Source: an uncultured Dysosmobacter sp.
GTDB lineage: Bacteria; Bacillota; Clostridia; Oscillospirales; Oscillospiraceae
Reading direction: 5' to 3'
NCBI RefSeq assembly: GCF_947631165.1
Contig: NZ_CANRKH010000001.1
Span: forward strand, 146,395-210,394
Length of the DNA stretch: 64,000 nucleotides
In this document: positions 1-8,177 of the stretch, piece by piece
Layout of the letters: each line of letters starts with the position of its first letter
Position numbering within the stretch: position 1 is the stretch's first letter
The notes under the pieces: generated by a model
Told to the model about the DNA's origin: nothing
The model's database searches: none
The model's input: only the letters and a program-made list of their open reading frames with translations
Translations under genes and position numbers: made by a program

Positions 1-51
1 CGCTGCTGGCATTAAAAAAACGTTTTGAAGAGATTCAAGGAGGAGAAGAAG

Positions 52-363
52 ATGCTGCTGCTGAATATTGACTACATTCCCGGAAAGGAACTGGAACCCC
101 TTGGCATCGTGAAGGGAACCGTGGTCCAATCCAAAAACTTCGGCAAGGACTTTATGGCCGGTATGAAGACCCTGGTGGGCGGTGAGATCACCGGCTACAC
201 TGAAATGCTGAACGAGGCCCGCCAGATCGCCACCAAGCGGATGGTGGACGAGGCCGCGGCTCTGGGCGCCGACGCCGTCATCAATATCCGCTACGGCTCG
301 TCCGCCGTGATGCAGGGAGCCGCTGAGGTCATCGCCTACGGCACGGCAGTAAAATATCTGTGA
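52..363 (+). CDS. YbjQ/UPF0145-family small protein
   Basis: ORF 25..363. ATG at 52 lies 5-8 nt after AAGGAGGAG (38-46). The translation pattern (GKDFMAG.KTLVGGEI.GYTEML..AR..A..RM..EA..LGADAVINIRY) fits the YbjQ family as I remember it. Confidence 0.8.
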   Translation: MLLLNIDYIPGKELEPLGIVKGTVVQSKNFGKDFMAGMKTLVGGEITGYTEMLNEARQIATKRMVDEAAALGADAVINIRYGSSAVMQGAAEVIAYGTAVKYL

Positions 364-1085
364 TGCGCGTCACCTTTTTAGCGCACAGCGGTTTCCTGGT
401 GGAGCTGCCGTCAGTGACGCTGCTATTCGACTGGTGGAAGGGGGAGCTTCCGGCCCTGCGGCCGGAGATCCCCCTGCTGGTCTTTGTCAGCCACCGCCAC
501 CCGGACCACTTCTCGCCCGCCATTTTCGCCCTAAACGACGGCCCGCGGGAGATACTCTTTTTGCTGGGAAAGGACATCAGGCTGTCCCCCCGGAACCTGG
601 CCCGATGGGGCGTTTCCCAAGAGACCGCCGGGAAATGCCTGTCCCTGGGTGGGAACAACATAGTCTCTCCCCTGTCTGGCGTTTCGGTGGAGACGCTGCC
701 CTCCACCGACGAAGGCGTGGCCTTTCTGGTCACGGCGGATGGGCGGACGTTGTTCCACGCCGGGGACCTGAACTGGTGGCACTGGGAGGGCGAGGACAAA
801 GCCTGGAACCGAAACATGGAGGTCAATTTCCAGCGGTACACGGAGCCTCTGCGGGGGCGGCGCATTGACCTGGCCATGCTGCCGCTGGACCCCCGGCTGG
901 GCGAATCGGGCTTCTGGGGGCCCCGATATTTCCTGGAACTGGCGGACATCGCCCGCTTCCTGCCCATGCACCAGTGGGGAGAGTTTGGCTTTACGAAACA
1001 GTTTTTGGAGCGGTTCCCGGAGTTCAAATCCTGCACGGTGCCTGTGGAGAAAACCGGGCAGTGCTTTGATCTTGACAGGCCATGA
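360..1085 (+). CDS. MBL-fold metallo-hydrolase
   Basis: 241-aa ORF with an HRHPDHF (HxHxDH) motif. GTG/ATG start at 360/363 overlaps the stop of the upstream gene. Confidence 0.75.
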   Translation: MMRVTFLAHSGFLVELPSVTLLFDWWKGELPALRPEIPLLVFVSHRHPDHFSPAIFALNDGPREILFLLGKDIRLSPRNLARWGVSQETAGKCLSLGGNNIVSPLSGVSVETLPSTDEGVAFLVTADGRTLFHAGDLNWWHWEGEDKAWNRNMEVNFQRYTEPLRGRRIDLAMLPLDPRLGESGFWGPRYFLELADIARFLPMHQWGEFGFTKQFLERFPEFKSCTVPVEKTGQCFDLDRP

Positions 1086-1123
1086 CAAATTCCTTACAAT
1101 GATTTGAAAGGGAGGGATGGACT

Positions 1124-1429
1124 ATGCAGATCGACGGCAACGAACTGGCTATTTTGCAGAACGACCTGGATCGGGAGGGCCGCCACGAGGAGGCCATGGC
1201 CATCAAAAAAGAATTTCTGAAGCAGGTCCGGGAGAGCGGCGACCACTGCCCCTGCAAGGAGGCCTGCCCCCACCACGGCAACTGCTTCGAGTGCGTCACA
1301 CTGCACCGGGGCCACCGGGACCACCTGCCCATGTGCATGTGGGACATGGTGAATGAGCGGCTCCACAAGCTGTCTCTGATGACGGAGGGCACGCTGCGTA
1401 CATACGAGGACGCGCACAAGAACGACTGA
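1124..1429 (+). CDS. Cys/His-rich hypothetical protein
   Basis: 101-aa ORF with GGGAGGGA upstream. Contains CPCKEACPHHGNCFECVTLHRGHRDHLPMC, probably metal-binding. Family not recognised. Confidence 0.6.
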   Translation: MQIDGNELAILQNDLDREGRHEEAMAIKKEFLKQVRESGDHCPCKEACPHHGNCFECVTLHRGHRDHLPMCMWDMVNERLHKLSLMTEGTLRTYEDAHKND

Positions 1430-1446
1430 CCAGAAAATGAAAAACA

Positions 1447-1487
1447 CCGGAAGGGCGGTGCTCCGCAATGGGGTGCCGCCCTTCCGG
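1447..1487. terminator. Bidirectional stem-loop terminator
   Basis: CCGGAAGGGCGG (1447-1458) pairs with CCGCCCTTCCGG (1476-1487). A-run upstream and T-rich sequence downstream. Confidence 0.7.
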
Positions 1488-1802
1488 CTGAATGATCGTT
1501 TTTGACTGGGCCAATATCCCTTCATGCACAGCGCAGCCTGCTTTTTTGCGGCAGCATAAGCGTTATGCCCGCCGCACCCAGGGCCACCACGCCGCACACG
1601 ACCAGCATGGCCAGTCCTCCAGTTCCCAGGCGGAGCGATCCTCTTGGAGCTGCATAAAGAACACTGCGCCGCAGCAGAAGGCGATGGCAAAATACAGCAG
1701 CGCCCGGTCCAGTCAATAAGCGGTCCCAGTCCAGCTTAAAAAATCCCTGAACAAACATCTTGGGCCGCCTTCCTTACGGAGAGCGGCCCAGCGTGGTCCC
1801 TT

Positions 1803-2048
1803 TTATTCTTCAAACAGCTTGGCGGTGGGGATGTCCAACGCTTTCGCAATACAAAACAGTGTGTACAAAGACGGTGCGTGAATGCGGTCATTATTATTGG
1901 ATTCCAGCTGCCCAATAAAACTGGTGTTGCAGTCCACCATATCAGCCAGCTGCTCCTGCGTTAGTCCCTTTTTTCGCCGATAATAAGCAATACGCAATCC
2001 CAGAAGGCGGTATTGTTCCCGAAATCTCTCCTTGTTCTCTTTCCGCAC
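1803..2048 (-). CDS. XRE-family helix-turn-helix transcriptional regulator
   Basis: 81-aa ORF with ..KGLTQEQLADMV..NTSFIGQLE.. (HTH_3 pattern). Confidence 0.85.
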   Translation of the reverse strand: MRKENKERFREQYRLLGLRIAYYRRKKGLTQEQLADMVDCNTSFIGQLESNNNDRIHAPSLYTLFCIAKALDIPTAKLFEE

Positions 2049-2111
2049 GATACCGCCCCCTTTCCATATATGGTAGCATGGCTATTGGGCAAAGTTAATT
2101 GCTTAACAGAC

Positions 2112-2140
2112 TTGATTTATATGATAATAGATAATATAAT
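2112..2140 (+). promoter_or_regulatory. Sigma-A-like promoter for the small ORF at 2174
   Basis: TTGATT (2112-2117), 17-nt spacer, TATAAT (2135-2140), within an AT-rich divergent intergenic region. Confidence 0.55.
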
Positions 2141-2173
2141 TGTGTTGCAGATATAGAAGGGGGGATATGCTTT

Positions 2174-2338
2174 ATGAAAAAGACGGAATTAATGCTGGAC
2201 GACTATCTTTACGAATTTTACCGCAAGATCGGCGCGCAGGTGGGAAAAACGGCGGAGGAGGTCATGTCCGACGCGCTGTTCCGCTTCGCTGGGGAATCGT
2301 CCCTGCGGGCCATTGACAAGAAGGAACGCGGACGCTGA
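2174..2338 (+). CDS. 54-aa small protein, possibly ribbon-helix-helix-like
   Basis: Absent from the ORF track because it is under 60 aa. ATG at 2174 follows AGAAGGGGGG. Translation: MKKTELMLDDYLYEFYRKIGAQVGKTAEEVMSDALFRFAGESSLRAIDKKERGR. Its own promoter lies upstream and a perfect terminator immediately follows. Confidence 0.55.
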   Translation: MKKTELMLDDYLYEFYRKIGAQVGKTAEEVMSDALFRFAGESSLRAIDKKERGR

Positions 2339-2351
2339 TGCGTCCGCGTTC
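2324..2351. terminator. Bidirectional terminator hairpin
   Basis: GAACGCGGACGC-tgat-GCGTCCGCGTTC, a perfect 12-bp stem between convergent genes. Confidence 0.75.
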
Positions 2352-3740
2352 TTATCCCAGCGCCACGCCGGCGGCCAAAAAGGCCAGGGTCAGCAGCAGG
2401 AAGTATAAAATCAGCTTCCAGACGAATTTGACCCATTTGTCATAGGGCACATGGCCCAGGGCCAGGGCGCCCATCACCACCGCCGCCGTGGGCGTGATGA
2501 TGTTCACCAGACCGCTGGCGGACTGGAAGGCGGTGACCACCAGGTCTCCCCCCACTCCCGCGAACCGGCCCAGAGGCGCCATGATGGGTACCGACAGCGT
2601 GGCCAGCCCTGAGGAAGAGGGGATCAGGATGGTGAGCGGCAGATAAATGAGATACACCAGCAGCACAAAGCTGACCGGCCCCGCTCCCGCCAGGGCGTCC
2701 TCGCCCCAGTGGAGCACCGTGTCGGTGATGCGGCCGTCGTTCATCAGCACAGTGATCCCCCGGCTGATGCCGATGATGAGGGCGACGCCCAGCAGGTCCG
2801 CGCAGCCTGCCACGAAGGTCTCGGCGATCTCGCTCTCCCGCTGGCCGTCAATAAGGCCGATGACCACGCCGAACACCAGAAACAGAGCGCTCAGCTCCGG
2901 GAACCACCAGCCCAGCACCGGCAGGGGCAGGCCCATTTCGTCAAAGGGGATGACGCCGTACACCATGATGAGAAAGGCCAGGGTGAACAGAGCCATGATG
3001 ACTTTCCGTTTGGGCGTGAAGGGTACGGCCTCGTCCATGGACACCTTGATATTGCCGCCGCCCACACCCACCACGGACTTGGAGGGATTTTTCTTCACCT
3101 TGGCGGCATACGCCATCACGAACCAGATGGCGGCGGCCTCGAACACGACCCACTGGACCACTCGCAGCAGAATGCCCTCTCCCAGGGACACCCCGGCGAA
3201 GCCCGCCGCGATGCCGGTGGCAAAGGGGTTCACCGTGGAGCTGATGACGCCGGCTCCGGCTCCCAGCAGGATCACGGCGATGCCCACCACCGCGTCATAG
3301 CCCGCCGCCAGAAACACGGGGATCAGCAGGGGATAGAAGGCCATGGTCTCCTCCCACATGCCGTAGGTGGTGCCGCCCAGGCCGAAGAGCAGCATCAGGA
3401 TGGGGATGAGCCACTTCTCTCTGCCGCCCAGCCGCTGGATGATCGCGGCCACGCCGGCGTCCACCGCGCCGGTCTTCATCACCACGCCCAGAAAGCCGCC
3501 CACCATCAGGATGAACACGCACACGTCCACCGCGTCGTAAAAGCCGCTGAACGCTGCCTTCAGCACAGCGCCCACGCCCTGAGGCGACGGTTCCACAGCA
3601 TGGTAGGTGCCTGCCTGGGGCACGCCCTCCACATAGTCATAGGCCCCCGCCGGGATCAGCCAGGTGGCGATGGCCACCAGCACGATCAGCAGGAACAGGA
3701 TGGTATAGGCCGTGGGCATATGAAATTTGGCCTTGTTCAA
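2352..3740 (-). CDS. YfcC/DcuC-like anaerobic carrier, probable arginine/ornithine exchanger of the ADI operon
   Basis: 462-aa polytopic membrane protein. TTG start follows AAGAGGTG. It lies directly downstream of arcA and the OTCase gene on the same strand. Confidence 0.7.
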   Translation of the reverse strand: MNKAKFHMPTAYTILFLLIVLVAIATWLIPAGAYDYVEGVPQAGTYHAVEPSPQGVGAVLKAAFSGFYDAVDVCVFILMVGGFLGVVMKTGAVDAGVAAIIQRLGGREKWLIPILMLLFGLGGTTYGMWEETMAFYPLLIPVFLAAGYDAVVGIAVILLGAGAGVISSTVNPFATGIAAGFAGVSLGEGILLRVVQWVVFEAAAIWFVMAYAAKVKKNPSKSVVGVGGGNIKVSMDEAVPFTPKRKVIMALFTLAFLIMVYGVIPFDEMGLPLPVLGWWFPELSALFLVFGVVIGLIDGQRESEIAETFVAGCADLLGVALIIGISRGITVLMNDGRITDTVLHWGEDALAGAGPVSFVLLVYLIYLPLTILIPSSSGLATLSVPIMAPLGRFAGVGGDLVVTAFQSASGLVNIITPTAAVVMGALALGHVPYDKWVKFVWKLILYFLLLTLAFLAAGVALG

Positions 3741-3770
3741 AACGCAACACCTCTTTCAGAGAGTGAAGCG

Positions 3771-3806
3771 ATCAGAGATATTCTGTTGACCGGATATCTC
3801 TGATCT
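3771..3806 (-). promoter_or_regulatory. Intercistronic 12-bp stem-loop between the OTCase and carrier genes
   Basis: GATCAGAGATAT...ATATCTCTGATC, a perfect inverted repeat. Confidence 0.6.
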
Positions 3807-3843
3807 TTTATTCTTCATCTCATTCCTGATCTCCAATTCCTCA

Positions 3844-4842
3844 TTACTTCCCGATGGTGGCCACCAGCACGGCCTTGATGGAGTGCATCCGGTTCTCCGC
3901 CTCGTCAAACACCACAGAGTGCTTGGAGCGGAACACCTCGTCGGTGACCTCCCGGATGTCCACGCCCTTTTCCTTCCACTCCTTGGCAAGCTTCGTCTCA
4001 AAGTCGTGGAAGGAGGGCAGGCAGTGCATATACAGCACATTGGGGTTGCCGGTGGCTTTCAGCGTCTCCTCCGTGACCCGGTAGGGAGACAGCAGCTCCG
4101 CCCGCTCGGGGATCAGCGCTTCCTCGCCCATGGAGGCCCAGATGTCGCCGTAGATGACGTCGGCGTCCTTCAGATCCTTCAGGCTGTCGGTGATCTCGAT
4201 AAGCGCACCGGTCTCCCGGGCGGTGGCGAAGGTGGTTTTCACGATCTCCGGGTCCATTTCCTTCGCCAGCTTTTCCGGTCCCAAGCCCACGAAATGCATT
4301 CCCATTTTGGCCGCGCCGATCATCCACGCATAACACATGTTGTTCCGCACATCGCCGGGGAACACCACCTTGATCTGGTTCAGGGGCTTGTGACAATGCT
4401 CCTCGATGGTCATCATGTCCGCCAGGATCTGGGTCGGGTGGTCTGCGTCGGTGAGGCCGTTCCACACGGGAACACCGGAGTACTTGGCCAGGTCCTCCAC
4501 GCATTTCTGGTCGTAGCCCCGGTACTCGATGCCGTCGAAAAAGCGGCCCAGGACCTTGGCGGAATCCTCCAGAGATTCCTTTTTGCCCATCTGGGAGCTG
4601 CCCGCGTCCAGGTAGGTAACATGGGCGCCTTCCTGGGTCGCCGCCACCTCAAAGGAGCAGCGGGTACGGGTGGAGGTCTTTTCAAACAGCAGCACGATGT
4701 GCTTGCCCTTCATGGTAGGCTCACAGATGCCCGCCCGGCGCTTGGCCTTCAGGTCGTGGCCCAGGTCCAGCAGATAGCGGATCTCAGCGGGAGTAAAGTC
4801 CTGCAACGTCAAAAAGCTCCGGCCCTTCAAATTCACTGCCAT
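3844..4842 (-). CDS. arcB: Ornithine carbamoyltransferase (catabolic, ADI pathway)
   Basis: 332 aa with the STRTR, HPTQ, DIWASMG and HCLP motifs. Adjacent to arginine deiminase. Confidence 0.9.
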   Translation of the reverse strand: MAVNLKGRSFLTLQDFTPAEIRYLLDLGHDLKAKRRAGICEPTMKGKHIVLLFEKTSTRTRCSFEVAATQEGAHVTYLDAGSSQMGKKESLEDSAKVLGRFFDGIEYRGYDQKCVEDLAKYSGVPVWNGLTDADHPTQILADMMTIEEHCHKPLNQIKVVFPGDVRNNMCYAWMIGAAKMGMHFVGLGPEKLAKEMDPEIVKTTFATARETGALIEITDSLKDLKDADVIYGDIWASMGEEALIPERAELLSPYRVTEETLKATGNPNVLYMHCLPSFHDFETKLAKEWKEKGVDIREVTDEVFRSKHSVVFDEAENRMHSIKAVLVATIGK

Positions 4843-5133
4843 AGTTCAGTTCTCCTCTTCATTCAATTACAAATTAGATTGGGAGTGCGATAAGAAATAC
4901 CCGGATGGACGGAATATCGCTTATCCCTTGATCCTTATCCAGCATCCCATTTCTTCCCGCGCAGTCACGGGTCCTCTCTCTTCCTTTCGCAGCAGCAAAA
5001 GAAGCAACTGAAATCATTTTCGCCGCGGCGTGTACGTGGCGAAAATTCCCCGATCTGTTTGCCCTTGGGGCAAACACACCAGTGACCGATATCACTGGTG
5101 GTGGGGTAGTTAGGAGGGGAGCCTGCTCCCCTC

Positions 5134-6357
5134 CTAGGGCGTTTCCCTCCACAATGGCATGCTCATGCACCTCGGTCCGCCCCGGCCCCGGCTCAGTTCC
5201 GCGCTGGGGATGGTGTGGATGCGGATGCCTGCCTCTTCCAATGAGCGGTTGGTGACATAGTTCCGGGAGTATACCACCACCTCACCGGGGCCAATGGCCA
5301 GGGTGTTGCTGCCGTCGCTCCACTGCTCCCGGGCGGCGTCGATCTCGCTGCCCTGTCCGCAGGGAATCAAAGTCACCTTGTCCAAATGCAGGTGCTCCTT
5401 CAAAATATCCTCCAGCCGCCCATCCTCCTGGCGGATCTTCATCTTCCGATTCTCATCCAGCTCCATGACGAACACCGTGATGCTGGAGAGGATATTGGGG
5501 TGAACGGTAAATTTGTCCCGGTCCACCATGGTGAACACCGTGTCCAGATGCATGAAGGAGCGGGTCTTGGGAATGTTGAAGGCCAGCACCTTTTGGAAGC
5601 CCGTCGGGCCGTTCAGCACCGCTTCTGCCAGGGTATCGATGGAGTCCTCCCGCGTCCGCTGGGAGATGCCCACCGCCAGCACCTCCGGAGAGAGCACCAG
5701 GATATCGCCGCCCTCCAGCGAGCTGGCCTCGCCCCGGTCATACCAGCGGGGTGCATGCATATATTCCGGATTGTGCTCAAAAATGAATTTACCGAACAGC
5801 GTCTCCCGGTTCCGGGTCGCGGTGTGCATCTTATGGATGGAAACGCCGGTGCCGATGGTGGCAAAGGGATCTCTCGTAAAGTAGAGGTTGGGCATAGGGT
5901 CGATGGCGAAGGGATAACCGTCCTCCACGGCGGAAAGATGGTCACCCAGTCTGCCGCTCTGTATCCGAAGCTGGTCCTTGCGGACGCCGGCCATCATGGT
6001 GGAGACCATCTCCCTGTCCGGCATCCTGCCCAGAAAGTCCGTCAGAATCTCCCGGGTCCGGGCATCCTGCACGCCGGATTCCTCCAGAAACTGGCGGATG
6101 AGGTCGTTTCGCACCTCGCCGCTGGTCAGGGAATTTACCACCAGATCGGTGAGATAGACCACCTCCACGCCCTGGCCGCGGAGGCACTCGGCAAAGGCGT
6201 CGTGCTCCCGCTGGGCCTCCCGCAGATAGGGGATGTCATCAAACAGCAGCCGCTCCAGATACTCCGGCATCAGATTTTCCAGCTCCATGCCCGGCCGGTG
6301 CAGCATCACCTTTTTCAGCCGTCCGATCTCGGAGGTGTTATGGATCCCAGTTTTCAA
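5134..6357 (-). CDS. arcA: Arginine deiminase
   Basis: 407 aa. N-terminus ..SEIGRLKKVMLHRPG.E and C-terminal ..GGPRCMSMPL are typical of ArcA. TTG start follows AAGGAG. Confidence 0.9.
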   Translation of the reverse strand: MKTGIHNTSEIGRLKKVMLHRPGMELENLMPEYLERLLFDDIPYLREAQREHDAFAECLRGQGVEVVYLTDLVVNSLTSGEVRNDLIRQFLEESGVQDARTREILTDFLGRMPDREMVSTMMAGVRKDQLRIQSGRLGDHLSAVEDGYPFAIDPMPNLYFTRDPFATIGTGVSIHKMHTATRNRETLFGKFIFEHNPEYMHAPRWYDRGEASSLEGGDILVLSPEVLAVGISQRTREDSIDTLAEAVLNGPTGFQKVLAFNIPKTRSFMHLDTVFTMVDRDKFTVHPNILSSITVFVMELDENRKMKIRQEDGRLEDILKEHLHLDKVTLIPCGQGSEIDAAREQWSDGSNTLAIGPGEVVVYSRNYVTNRSLEEAGIRIHTIPSAELSRGRGGPRCMSMPLWRETP

Positions 6358-6457
6358 ACAGGCTCACTCCTTTTCAGGGTCGAAATGATTTGCGCTCGTC
6401 CAATAGGATTTCTGGTTTTTCCGCTTTCATGCGCGGATTTGAAAAATCGCGCAAAAA

Positions 6458-6486
6458 AAGAGGACCAGAACGTGTCTGGTCCTCTT
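6458..6486 (-). terminator. Rho-independent terminator (minus strand)
   Basis: AAGAGGACCAGA/TCTGGTCCTCTT stem, followed on the minus strand by TTTTTTT. Confidence 0.75.
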
Positions 6487-6650
6487 TCAGCTTGTTTCAG
6501 AACATGAACGCCATCACGTTCAGCCGGACGCCGAAGCCGGACAGGGGCAGCGCCGCCAGCAGGGCGGCGGCCATAACCGTCGTTTCCTTCTTCTTGGATG
6601 TTTTATAGTGCGTCTATTTGTTCAAACGGATCTTTTTGAAAGAAGGGTTC

Positions 6651-6681
6651 AAAAAACGCGGGAGATCTGAGATCTCTCGCG
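6651..6681 (-). terminator. Rho-independent terminator of the XRE gene (minus strand)
   Basis: CGCGGGAGATC/GATCTCTCGCG stem with one mismatch, followed on the minus strand by TTTTTTG. Confidence 0.65.
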
Positions 6682-6703
6682 TCCTATAACACTGTCTCAC
6701 TGC

Positions 6704-6955
6704 CTATTGGTCTGACAGCAGCGCATCCGTTGTCACGCCAAACACCTGTGCAATCGCTTTCAGCTCAATGTCCGTTACAAAGCGGTTGCCGCTTTCAATG
6801 CATTGAACTGTATTCTTACTGAAATCCAGTCCTTGCAGCTGCAATTTGTCCGCCAAGCTCTTCTGCGAACACTTGGGCACCATGGCAAGCCGTAGCTTGG
6901 CTACTTTCGTCCCACAGAGATTCAATTTTCCATCTCGAGCTTTCGTCTTATACAT
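6704..6955 (-). CDS. XRE-family HTH transcriptional regulator
   Basis: 83 aa with ..SQKSLADKLQL.G.DFSKNTVQCIESGNR.. (HTH_3 pattern). Confidence 0.8.
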   Translation of the reverse strand: MYKTKARDGKLNLCGTKVAKLRLAMVPKCSQKSLADKLQLQGLDFSKNTVQCIESGNRFVTDIELKAIAQVFGVTTDALLSDQ

Positions 6956-7056
6956 AAGCGCCTCTTTTGACCTGTTGTGCTTGTCATTGAGGCTATTTTA
7001 TGTAATAATAAGGGTTAAATTGACCAGCACTGCTGGTTTTTTCAGGAGGCTTTCCT

Positions 7057-7323
7057 ATGGATAACCAACTTCTTCTATTGCAGGCTCTGGCAAAATGGAT
7101 GGAACGGGAGCGGATCAGCGTCTCGTTCCGCTGCCCGCCGGCCCCGGACCGGGCCTTTTGGGCCAATGTGCTGCAGGAGCAAGAAAACGAGGACTATCGA
7201 ACTCTGGAGCAGATCGCCGCTTGCCTGCGGAAGGACACTTCCGACTTCGACTGCATTGAGGAGATCGAAGCGCTGGTAGCCCAGCGGGGCTTTGATACCG
7301 CGCCCCGCCACGATTTCGGATAA
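7057..7323 (+). CDS. Hypothetical protein
   Basis: 88-aa ORF divergent from the XRE gene. No family recognised. Confidence 0.45.
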   Translation: MDNQLLLLQALAKWMERERISVSFRCPPAPDRAFWANVLQEQENEDYRTLEQIAACLRKDTSDFDCIEEIEALVAQRGFDTAPRHDFG

Positions 7324-7430
7324 TCCTGTTTCCTGATAAAAATCTTTGAAACGTTTTTTTGCGGCGCACCGCGCCGCCGCGCCTGCGGCGCGCAGGAAAC
7401 GTATTGACGATGTCACCGGCGGCATTTCTC

Positions 7431-7464
7431 AAAAACGGCGGGGAACGCTTGCTCCCCGCCGTTT
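7431..7464. terminator. Bidirectional terminator
   Basis: AAAAACGGCGGGGA...TCCCCGCCGTTT hairpin just after the livF stop. Confidence 0.75.
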
Positions 7465-7466
7465 GC

Positions 7467-8177
7467 TCAGTTGTGCTTGCCCAGATATGCTTCCTTGACC
7501 CGCTCATCCGCCAACAGCTCCGCGCCAGTGCCGCTCATGGTGATGTTGCCGGTCTCCAGCACGTAGGCCAGGTCCGCGATCTTCAGGGCCATGTTGGCGT
7601 TCTGCTCGATCAGCAGCACCGTCACCCCCTGGCGGTTGATCTCCTGAATGATCTTGAAAATGTCCTGCACCACCAGGGGCGCCAGGCCCAAGGACGGCTC
7701 ATCCAGCATCATCAGCTTGGGGCGGGACATCAGCGCCCGGCCCACGGCCAGCATCTGCTGCTCGCCGCCGGACAGAGTCCCCGCCAGCTGCCAGGACCGC
7801 TCCTCCAGCCGGGGAAACAGACTGTAGACCCACCGGATATCCTTTTCGATCTCCGCCTTGTCCTTGCGGAGGTAGGCGCCGATCTTCAGATTTTCCAGCA
7901 CCGTCATGTCCGGGAACACCCGGCGCCCCTCGGGACTCATGGCGATACCGGCGCTGATGATCCGGTCAATGGGCTTGCCCAGCAGCTCCGCGCCGTTCCA
8001 CTGGATGGAGCCGGACTGGGCCTTCACCAGACCGGTGATGGTCCGCAGAGTCGTGGACTTGCCCGCACCGTTGGCGCCGATCAGGGTCACGATCTTGCCG
8101 TCGGGCACCTCCAGAGAAATGCCCCGCAGGGCCTGGATACCGCCGTAGGCCACATGGAGGTTTTCAATTTTAAGCAT
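7467..8177 (-). CDS. livF: Branched-chain amino acid ABC transporter ATP-binding protein
   Basis: GANGAGKST, LSGGEQQMLAVGRAL and MMLDEPSLGLAP motifs. The start at MLKIENL overlaps the livG stop by 8 nt. Confidence 0.9.
   Translation of the reverse strand: MLKIENLHVAYGGIQALRGISLEVPDGKIVTLIGANGAGKSTTLRTITGLVKAQSGSIQWNGAELLGKPIDRIISAGIAMSPEGRRVFPDMTVLENLKIGAYLRKDKAEIEKDIRWVYSLFPRLEERSWQLAGTLSGGEQQMLAVGRALMSRPKLMMLDEPSLGLAPLVVQDIFKIIQEINRQGVTVLLIEQNANMALKIADLAYVLETGNITMSGTGAELLADERVKEAYLGKHN

Noticed and set aside
1803-2338. The XRE regulator plus small ORF, and the XRE plus 88-aa ORF at 6704-7323, as toxin-antitoxin pairs.
   Set aside because: The genes are divergent rather than co-transcribed, and neither small partner shows a recognisable toxin fold or motif.
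7360-7400. The GC-rich palindromic cluster GCGGCGCACCGCGCCGC/GCGCCTGCGGCGC after the 88-aa ORF, with a similar GCGGCGCACCGCGG at ~27411, as a dispersed repeat family.
   Set aside because: Only ~13 nt are shared between the two sites. In a >60% GC genome this is within chance, and both are adequately explained as local hairpins.
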